A DNA stretch of 64,000 nt, taken from NCBI GenBank assembly GCA_051294375.1, contig CM119264.1, forward strand, positions 25,050,051 through 25,114,050, given 5' to 3'. Below are positions 54,751 to 64,000 of this stretch, piece by piece. The translations under genes and the position numbers were made by a program. Origin of the DNA: Paraspadella gotoi. Its lineage: Eukaryota > Animalia > Chaetognatha. Under the pieces are notes generated by a model that searched no databases, was not told where the DNA came from, and saw only the letters and a list, made by a program, of their open reading frames with translations. The stretch's first letter is position 1; each line of letters starts with the position of its first letter.

Positions 54751-55278
54751 CGTAAAAATAGAGACGTCGTGGAATTATGGTAGCCAGAATTTATGGTGTT
54801 GGAAAAGAGAACTGAAATGGGACAACGAATTATGAGACGCGTCAGTAAAACAAAAAGTAGGGGGAAGTCTGAAAGAGAAAGCGGACGAAAGCTAATTGCA
54901 GAAACTGTCTCTCCTTCGTCATTGGTGGANNNNNNNNNNGGAGAGGGAAAAAGGAGTTGCTTGTAACATCGGCCGTAGCTGTAGTCTTTTGAGTTGTTTT
55001 ATTGTACAATGTNNNNNNNNNNNNNNNNNNNNNNNNNNNNNNNNNNNNNNNNNNNNNNNNNNNNNNNNNNNNNNNNNNNNNNNNNNNNNNNNNNNNNNNN
55101 NNNNNNNNNNNNNNNNNNNNNNNNNNNNNNNNNNNNNNNNNNNNNNNNNNNNNNNNNNNNNNNNNNNNNNNNNNNNNNNNNNNNNNNNNNNNNNNNNNNN
55201 NNNNNNNNNNNNNNNNNNNNNNNNNNNNNNNNNNNNNNNNNNNNNNNNNNNNNNNNNNNNNNNNNNNNNNNNNNNNNN

Positions 55279-55511
55279 CGTCACTCTCCGCGCCGTCAAA
55301 CGTCACTCAATTTCCGGTGACGCTGGATCGCTGACGCCAGGGGGCGTGGCAACGGCTGGAACCGAAGAGATGGCGCTCTACTTGGCGGGCAGCGTCTTCC
55401 TCTTCGTCTTCGTCGTCGTCGTCGGACTCGTCGTCCTGTGGCGATTCAAAACCGACGCCAAATGCTTCAAGCGAAAGGAGATGCTGCAGTTGCCGCAAAC
55501 TGACTTTAGAG
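55279..55511 (+). CDS. IgSF exon (5' part in gap): Ig G-strand, stalk, transmembrane helix, stop-transfer
   Basis: Reads VTLRAV...EEM-ALYLAGSVFLFVFVVVVGLVVLW-RFKTDAKCFKRK, an uncharged 23-residue stretch followed by basic residues. Donor G|GTGCGT at 55512. Confidence 0.88.
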
Positions 55512-55803
55512 GTGCGTTGACGGCAACTTGAACAACCACGACGGCGACAACAACAGTAAAAATGACAACAACAACAATAGAACAATAACGACAATAACAA
55601 CTATAACTATTAATACAACAAAAACAAGAACAAAACAACAAAAAACAACCAAAAAGACAACATCAAAAAACCAACACTATGACAAAAACAACAATAAACA
55701 TACGCAATAACAACAACACAAACAACCACAACGATAACAACAACAAAAACGAAAACGATAGCAACAATGACAATCTCAAGACCACCCCCCCCCTTCTCCG
55801 CAG

Positions 55804-56057
55804 AGATAATCCCCGACGACGCGGTCCACTATCGCGACGCCCAAACCTACAACGTCGACGACGAAGACGCCGTCTACCTCGATGATCCGATGGCGACTTA
55901 CCCGGCGACGTCTTCCGTCGGCGTCGCCGCTTCTTTGGGCGCCGTCGCTTGTACCGGCGTCGTGGACGCGCCCGGCGCCCCCGACGGATCCCTCAAGTCT
56001 CATTCCGTTTCCGGCGCTTCGAGGATGGCGACGCTGCTGAGGAAAAACGGGGCGCAG
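55804..56057 (+). CDS. IgSF exon: acidic, tyrosine-containing cytoplasmic tail
   Basis: Acceptor cccttctccgcAG at 55803, phase 1 matching the previous donor. Reads IIPDDAVHYRDAQTYNVDDEDAVYLDDPMATYPA...LRKNGAQ. Donor CAG|GTGAGT at 56058. Confidence 0.85.
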
Positions 56058-56918
56058 GTGAGTGAGATTTGAATGAGTTTAAGGGGCGAGGGCGAGGNNN
56101 NNNNNNNNNNNNNNNNNNNNNNNNNNNNNNNNNNNNNNNNNNNNNNNNNNNNNNNNNNNNNNNNNNNNNNNNNNNNNNNNNNNNNNNNNNNNNNNNNAAC
56201 TAGTGACAGCAATAAGGTCTGGAGCATAATGGCAGAAGCGGTTGCCAAATTATATTAGTTGTCACCACCGTCGTCTCCTTCGTCGTCCCTCTCGTCGTCG
56301 CCATCGTCGTCGCCATCATCGTCGCCATCGTCGTCGCCATCATCGTCGCCATCATCGTCGTCGCGTCGCGGTCACCAGCGGCAATGGCGAGAATATGGTG
56401 GCAATAATGGTGACGATTATCTGGATGGATTGTCGTCCTTTAAGTTTCGCGCCTTTAATATCGATGGGGTGGAGATTCTATCCCTTATTCCTTTATCTTC
56501 TTCACCCACTTTGTCTCTGCTTTCCGACTTCGTTCTTTCTTTACCTCGTCGCTCAAACTCAACTTCTCAACTCCTGGTTTAACTCGGAGATATCGTTTCC
56601 ATCATTTTTAAAAGCCCCCCCCCTTAATCGAAAGACCTAATCTTGAGACGAAGCCATGTTTTCCTTCAAAGGTCGAAAAGCTAATGAGTAAACTACATTC
56701 ATGGTAAGCAAATTTTTTTTTTTTAAGATGATTTCTTGTTTAAAATCTTGATCGAGTTCATCGAGTTTTCTCCTCAACTACATCTCCAGCCACTCCAGCC
56801 CCATCATCCACAACAGCCACACTTCTCGTCATTTTCCTCAGCGAGACGTCATCCGTCAAATTTTCATTTTTACTTTCATTTTCGCCTTCGACGTCGTTAA
56901 ATTAGTCACAATATCTTT

Positions 56919-56974
<56 letters not shown>
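56919..56974. repeat. (GTC)n microsatellite (representative of many GAC/GTC tracts)
   Basis: Direct inspection. Confidence 0.95.
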
Positions 56975-57487
56975 TGCGTGGTCCTCGTCGTCGTCGACGC
57001 CGATTTTATGACGTCGTCGTCATTGTCGTCGTCTTCAATTGTGTAGTCTTTCTCATTGACATCGTTGTTGTCGTCGTCCCTTGTTATCATTTGATGCAAT
57101 TGTTCTTTTTTTAATCCAATTTCCACTCCTTCTATTTGCATTTCAAAATTTAATCACCTTTTTTTAAGATAAAAAATTTAATCAATTTTATTTTTAATGC
57201 TAAAAAACGTAGGTGTAGGATTATATTATATAACGTCGCAGAAAGATGGAAATCTCTCGAAATGAAAAAAAATAATAAAAGAAAAAAAAAGATTAGAAAG
57301 AAAGGAGGAAGAATCAAAAAGAAGAAAAGAAGTAAAAAGGAAAAGAAAGAAAAGAAATAAGAAAAAGATTCAATTTCATTACTCGTCGACGAAGATTCAA
57401 TATTTTCTCTCACAAACTTCCGTCTTGATTTTTTTTCGCCTATATTTTCTTCTGGTATCACGTTCTCTCTCTCTCTCTCTCTCTCTC

Positions 57488-57526
<39 letters not shown>

Positions 57527-57542
57527 CCTCTTCTCTCTCCTC

Positions 57543-57574
<32 letters not shown>

Positions 57575-58294
57575 CTCGCATCTCTTTTTTCCACGGAGAA
57601 GGCGGGCGCGCCTCGTCGAGGGCCTTAATATATCACCGACAAACGTCACCTCGCTCCGCCATCTTTTCTCCGGCCCTTACCTCGCTTCCTCACATTTCTT
57701 TTCGTCCTTACCGTACTTCCTCCGTTGCGGCGGGAGAGCTTGCCCCTCATCCCTTTTAACAACTCTATGTCTTGTTTGGTTTTTTTCATCCATTGTACTG
57801 TTTCAGTACTCTTATCACCCGCTCTACTCCTAACCAACCCGCAATTCAATACAAATGCTCTAGTCTTCCCCCCCGAGCTCCCGCCCTCCTCGCTCCTCTC
57901 CCTCACCGCCCACTTCTCTTTCCCTTTTTCTCGCAAGTAATTTCCCTATCCTACTTCTTTCTTTTCGCCCCTACTCTTCTTTCCCCCACTCCTCTTTTCC
58001 CCCTACTACTTCCCACTCCTTAATTCCTCCCTCTTCTTCACTTTCCCCGCCCCCATCCTCTTTCCACCTCCTGTGGCCATCCCTCTCTAATCCTCCTTCC
58101 CCCCCACTCCTCTCGTCCACCACCTTTCACTTCCCTGCCCCCACTCCTCTTTTCCCCCACTCTTCTCTCTCCTCCTTCCCACTCTCCCGGCCCTCACTTC
58201 TCTTTCCCCCCCGCGCTCCACTTTTAAGGTCTCCCGAAGGGATTTATGGTCGTCTCGGAAGGAGCTAAAGACTGAATTGGGTTTTTCCTTTCGC

Positions 58295-58371
<77 letters not shown>

Positions 58372-58468
58372 TCTCTCTCTCTCTCCTCTCTCTTGTTTAC
58401 AGTCTCCTTTCGCCCAGAGCTTTGACGGCGGTGCATTCACGTTTGCTTTACGCTTCTCGAGAAGAAAA

Positions 58469-58546
<78 letters not shown>

Positions 58547-58879
58547 CCTCTCTCTCTCTCTTTTCTGAGTTACGGTCCTCTTTCGTTTTCCAGAGAGAAA
58601 ACCGAGTCTGGCTTCTGCTTCGTATTGCTTCTGCTTCGTATTTCACCGGAGAAAAACAAGAAGGAAGATTCGAAAAGTCGTAAAGAAAAAACATGAGAGG
58701 CTGACGGGTATCATAGTCCCGCCAACAGAGAGAGCCTTTCTTTGTCTTTTGGTTGTTTTTTTTTATTATGCATTATTTGTATTTTTCTAGTGTGCCTTCT
58801 TTTCAAATTCGTAATCTTATTAAAAATCATTATACATTTATTATATCAATTTCAGAATATTTTCTTTTAATACGTAACT

Positions 58880-59273
58880 GAAGAATAATATGTCGAGAAA
58901 CCAGAACCGAACATGGTCTCAGTGACGCCTGACGTCTCAACCGAAAGTGTGCGCGGTCTTGTCCGATGCCCTTTCGGTGGTGTGGAGAGTCGAAGTAGGT
59001 CGCGAAGGAACCCAAATACATTGAAGGCGAGGGTGTCGAGCTTTGAGACGCCGTCTCTGCTAAGAGTCACGAGTCTGAGGCTATTGACTTGTGGCCTCTC
59101 AGTGCCCCTTTCGCCCGCGAGTCTCTGGGCTTGTTGTGTCTCTGTGGGCCGTTTCGTGGGCAAGTGGCCCCTGATCTAGGAAAGTTGGTGACGAAAAACT
59201 TGACGTGAATGGCATAAGGACTTCATAGCCCGTAAAGAGCCGTTTGGAGCCGTCGGAGTAACGCTCTAACTGA
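58880..59273 (-). pseudogene. Exon-like GC-rich segment with broken frames (decayed or error-laden)
   Basis: Minus-strand acceptor ctcccttttttcAG (59274-59276) followed by overlapping partial frames QLERYSDGSKRLF... and ...SKLDTLAFNVFGFLRDLLRL. Product unknown. Confidence 0.25.
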
Positions 59274-59738
59274 CTGAAAAAAGGGAGAGAAATGCATACA
59301 AAAAAGGTGCAGAAAAATAAAATGAGCAAAATAATGAGAAAAGTGTGCCATCTCTCATCATGATACTTAAATAAAATACGAAAATATACATACTTTTTCT
59401 TCTAAAAATGGGGTAAAACAAGTAATCTTGTAATTTTCATAATTATTGATTCTTAAAAAAGACACTGCAAGTTGGACAAACCATCAAACAGTTATAACGA
59501 GACAGTAAACACACCCACATCAGAGGATTTAAGGTCCAGACGTCAAAAATGCAGAACGCACAGATTTCTGACAAAGCAGATAGAAAGACTGCAACATATC
59601 GTAGACGAAGAGACAACCAGGGNNNNNNNNNNNNNNNNNNNNNNNNNNNNNNNNNNNNNNNNNNNNNNNNNNNNNNNNNNNNNNNNNNNNNNNNNNNNNN
59701 NNNNNNNNNNNNNNNNNNNNNNNNNNNNNNNNNNNNNN

Positions 59739-59922
59739 CCCACCATCACCCCCTCGGCCCCGCCGCCGCCATCGAGGACCCATGGTTCCACGCCTTTCTC
59801 CGCATGGCCTCCGCCCTCTACAACGCCGACACTTACCACAACGGGTTCCTCGTCTACGGTGAGGCGAGGCAGATCGTGCAGAGCTACATCGTCGTCTACG
59901 GACTCGGCATCACGGAGATGAG
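59739..59922 (+). CDS. C1orf87: Exon (5' part in gap) of an EF-hand-like protein resembling the C-terminus of C1orf87
   Basis: Reads IEDPWFHAFLRMASALYNADTYHNGFLVYGEARQIVQSYIVVYGLGITEM, with a helix-loop-helix EF-like loop DTYHNGFLVYGE. The spacing W-x3-F-x5-ALY-x2-D-x4-G-x-L-x4-AR-x5-Y-x3-Y-x-L matches my recollection of C1orf87 (not searched). Donor AG|GTGAGG. Confidence 0.65.
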
Positions 59923-60949
59923 GTGAGGGAGTCTTCGGGGTGAGGTTGTGTTGAGATTGAAGTGAGCGTAAGAACAGGGTGAGGTTGTGTCTCTGCTCTC
60001 ATCGTTCGTTTTAAGACCACTTTGAGAGAGAAGAGGATATATCGAGGTTTGCCCTCACACGACAAGGACGAATTATTTGATTGAATATCGTAATTTTTTT
60101 ACTAACTTACTCTACTACCTTACTATACTTACTATTTTTCTCTCCTTTATCTTTTTGCTATCTATTTCTAACAATTTTCCGTCTCAATTATTTCATTAAC
60201 TTGATCCTAACAATTTTAATGTTCTTTACATTACCTTTCTTTGTACTTTTGTTTTCGGTATTTTTTTCATAATCTTATTTGAGTCGCATAACCCGATCCC
60301 ATTTCCCCANNNNNNNNNNNNNNNNNNNNNNNNNNNNNNNNNNNNNNNNNNNNNNNNNNNNNNNNNNNNNNNNNNNNNNNNNNNNNNNNNNNNNNNNNNN
60401 NNNNNNNNNNNNNNNNNNNNNNNNNNNNNNNNNNNNNNNNNNNNNNNNNNNNNNNNNNNNNNNNNNNNNNNNNNNNNNNNNNNNNNNNNNNNNNNNNNNN
60501 NNNNNNNNNNNNNNNNNNNNNNNNNNNNNNNNNNNNNNNNNNNNNNNNNNNNNNNNNNNNNNNNNNNNNNNNNNNNNNNNNNNNNNNNNNNNNNNNNNNN
60601 NNNNNNNNNNNNNNNNNNNNNNNNNNNNNNNNNNNNNNNNNNNNNNNNNNNNNNNNNNNNNNNNNNNNNNNNNNNNNNNNNNNNNNNNNNNNNNNNNNNN
60701 NNNNNNNNNNNNNNNNNNNNNNNNNNNNNNNNNNNNNNNNNNNNNNNNNNNNNNNNNNNNNNNNNNNNNNNNNNNNNNNNNNNNNNNNNNNNNNNNNNNN
60801 NNNNNNNNNNNNNNNNNNNNNNNNNNNNNNNNNNNNNNNNNNNNNNNNNNNNNNNNNNNNNAATCTTATTTGAGTCGCATAACCCGATCCCATTTCCCCA
60901 TTTCTCTTTTGCCCAATTTTCTCCAAACCCTTCCCTCCTCCTTACCCAG

Positions 60950-60982
60950 ACTCGAAGAGGTCCTCGCTGACGCATCGATCGG
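60950..60982 (+). CDS. C1orf87: Next exon of the C1orf87-like gene (3' part in gap)
   Basis: Acceptor cctccttacccAG at 60949. Phase 2 matches the donor at 59922, giving ...ITEMR-LEEVLADASIG before the gap. Confidence 0.55.
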
Positions 60983-63910
60983 NNNNNNNNNNNNNNNNNN
61001 NNNNNNNNNNNNNNNNNNNNNNNNNNNNNNNNNNNNNNNNNNNNNNNNNNNNNNNNNNNNNNNNNNNNNNNNNNNNNNNNNNNNNNNNNNNNNNNNNNNN
61101 NNNNNNNNNNNNNNNNNNNNNNNNNNNNNNNNNNNNNNNNNNNNNNNNNNNNNNNNNNNNNNNNNNNNNNNNNNNNNNNNNNNNNNNNNNNNNNNNNNNN
61201 NNNNNNNNNNNNNNNNNNNNNNNNNNNNNNNNNNNNNNNNNNNTATGTTGAGAAGTTAAAACCTGCGCGCTGCAGTTGGGATACGATGCAAGGATACATT
61301 CCAAGAAACCCCTTTTTTCCCCAGCGTGTATACAATTTAACGATTTTATTGTCATTCAGTGATGTCTCACTCTCTCTAGCATGACGTGGTCCAGAAAAAC
61401 CAGGTTTAAGCGTGAATTGTCTTTTTTGACTTAAAATCGTTTCAGAAAATTATTTTAAATATTATTAAAAATGAGACGCCGACGAATCATATCACGGTTT
61501 CTCTTTTTTTTCTCTCTCTCGATACAGAAGACTTTTTTTTTCCTCCTGTCGTCCTACTCTTCCGATTTTAAAGTCATATCTCGAGAGGAAATGAAAGATT
61601 GACATTCGCTTTATTAGGTCNNNNNNNNNNNNNNNNNNNNNNNNNNNNNNNNNNNNNNNNNNNNNNNNNNNNNNNNNNNNNNNNNNNNNNNNNNNNNNNN
61701 NNNNNNNNNNNNNNNNNNNNNNNNNNNNNNNNNNNNNNNNNNNNNNNNNNNNNNNNNNNNNNNNNNNNNNNNNNNNNNNNNNNNNNNNNNNNNNNNNNNN
61801 NNNNNNNNNNNNNNNNNNNNNNNNNNNNNNNNNNNNNNNNNNNNNNNNNNNNNNNNNNNNNNNNNNNNNNNNNNNNGAAATAGAAAAATTGTAACGGATG
61901 TTAAAGGAAGTCAATATAACCAGGACCGTCTGTTCTCCCTAGACCTGTCAGGTTTTTTTCTAAGTCAATCTCAAGGGCATTCGTGTATATGAGGGCATAA
62001 AATTAAGTTTGAAATGAAGTTTAGACGCTAAATTTGAAAAAAATGCGAAAAAAAAAATCCTAAACGACGCATCACGACTTTTGTAATTTCAATTTATTGT
62101 TCTGTCTTACTTTATTCCTCCAATCTTCTTTCGATGTGCTAAAGTCGTAAAAATAACTATACATCACTTCGTTCATTAGTCTGTAACTGTTTACGTTGAA
62201 GTTCCTCTCGCCTCTCAACGATTTTATTGTAAATTATGGACTGATGTAGATCAATAAATGTCTGTTCGCATATGGTTAAAACTCAGTGGTTTTTTTTTAT
62301 TTGAATTTTTCATACAGTTGTAGAAATTACGTCTCTTAGTAGGACTAGAAGCTAGTTAGTTAAATCGGGTTAGATTCGTGGAAGGATTTAGATTCGTGGA
62401 AGGATTTAGACTATCGACCCTTTGATCCGCGGGAAACCAAACGATCACCAGAAAAAAAGTAAATCCCTCTTGGTTAGCAAAAGTTTTGAAGACCTTAAAA
62501 CACCCAAACTGCGATTATGGTTTCTTTTCTATGGCCGCCATTTGCAAACCAAATTAGCAGCCTTCGGTGTCCTGCCCTCTGTTGGGAGAGAAGGGTGAGA
62601 CGAAGACGACGACGACGACGACGACGACAACGACGAGGATTTGGCCAAGAATAAAGACAACAACAACAACAAACGAAACTTGAAAATGTGAAAATGTGAA
62701 AAAAAAGAAAAAAAAAAGAAAAAAAAATTATGACAGTTCAGATTAAAGAAACGAGAGTGAAAGAAAGAAATAAAGAAAAATAAAGAAAAAAGAAAAAAAG
62801 AAAAAAGAAAAAAAAGGTAAAGAAGAAAAAAAGAAAAAAAATAAAGACAAAAGAAAAAGAAAGCAAGAGTCAAAAAAGAGAAGAAAATAACTAATACATA
62901 AACATGAGTCATCGTCGTTTTCGACGTCGTCATCGTCGTCGTTTTTCAGATCCTCGCCTCTAAGGACGACGACTTCGTTGTCATGGTAATTATCTGCATG
63001 TCCCTCCTCTCTCGAACTTGGCGGGGCGTCTTCGGCGGCTGCGGCGTCGGCGGCTGCGGCCCGACGGCAGCGGCAGCGGCAGCTGACGGGGCGTTGTAAC
63101 AAGNNNNNNNNNNCACTTTTTATAACTTCACCGTGACGGCGTCGGCGCTCTTTGATCCATTAGCCTTTGATTTGACCGCTAAATGTGTAGGAGGAAGACG
63201 AGGAAGAGGAGGGAAAGGTGGAGGAGGAAGAAGGAAGAGGAGCGGAAGGAGGAGGCAGAGAAAGATTGGAAAGAGAAAAGAAGGAGATTTAGAGATAAAA
63301 AAAAAAAAAAGAACTAAACCTAAAAAGGAAATAAAATATATAAAAAGAAAAATGAGAGAAAATCGAGAAAGAGAGGAGGAGTAGTCACGAGGTCAAGGAG
63401 GGCAGAGGCGGCCGGAGATAATGATGGGTGGGTCAAGAGGGAATGCGGATGAGGAGGAGGAGGAGGAGGAGGAAGATGAAATCAGAGAGAAATTTATGAA
63501 AAATATAAGAGGGGAAAAAAGAACAAGAAATAGAATGAAAAAAAATACGAACAAAGTTGGGAAGATGTGGAATTAGAAGAAAAAAAAATGAGCGATCTAA
63601 TAAAGTGAATGGTTCGTGAATAGTAAATTGTGGGAAAGGGAGATTAGGAAGATGAGTGGGAATTTGGCAAAAGTTTTTTCGGCAATCACAAATCAATTCA
63701 GGGAAATATTTGAATTTCTCAAAACGGTCTCAAACGAGGGGCGAAAACTTCCATTTTTTTACACAAGTTTACTTGTATAAAAAAGATAAATACATTTAAA
63801 ATATCAAATATATTTCTAGAAATATCAAAAACTCATATATCTGAAACGTGCCAAAGAATTTATTTTGAAAAAAAAAATTACTCTGGACTCCTCTCTCTCT
63901 CTCTCTCTCT

Positions 63911-63952
<42 letters not shown>

Positions 63953-64000
63953 CTCTCTCTGCTCTCGATCTCTCTCCGTGCTTTATTGGTTCAACGCGGC

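Noticed and set aside
56259-56582. Ser/Pro-rich ORF as terminal exon of the receptor
   Set aside because: Derived from a (TCG/CCA) repeat beyond an unsized gap, with a poor acceptor and no recognisable motif.
55804-59922. Fusion of the Ig receptor tail to the EF-hand/C1orf87-like exon (a novel Ig-TM-EF-hand receptor)
   Set aside because: Both are on + and the receptor's last exon is unseen. However, a 100-N unknown-size gap, another gap and an antisense exon-like segment intervene, and the only visible AG (59620) lacks a pyrimidine tract. It is unsupported unless RT-PCR or Iso-Seq joins them.
62900-63103. Minus-strand GC-rich ORF (RAAAADAAAAEDAPP...)
   Set aside because: Low-complexity triplet sequence next to a 10-N gap, with no motif or splice support.

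Overview
This is eukaryotic DNA, probably from an invertebrate metazoan, in a gappy draft assembly. It is AT-rich and saturated with (GA)n, (GAC/GTC)n, (GAT)n, (AAC)n and (TTCA)n microsatellites, so almost all ORFs in the supplied track are artefacts of these repeats or of N runs. Splice sites and motifs show a spliced + strand gene spanning at least 18.2-56.1 kb. It encodes a type I immunoglobulin-superfamily receptor with nephrin/Kirre-like architecture: V-type Ig, C2-type Ig, two atypical Ig domains with a Cx16C pair and no F-strand Cys, a transmembrane helix and an acidic Tyr-rich tail. Several of its exons are partly hidden in N gaps, and its Ig loops carry microsatellite-encoded poly-D and poly-S inserts. 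After a 100-N join, two + strand exons (59.7-61.0 kb) encode an EF-hand-like region resembling the C-terminus of C1orf87. Three tandem 'duplications' with insertion-rich second copies and six exactly 25-N gaps indicate raw long-read gap filling, not biology. I found no CRISPR array, rRNA, tRNA or prokaryotic system. Family assignments are from remembered motifs and need database confirmation.
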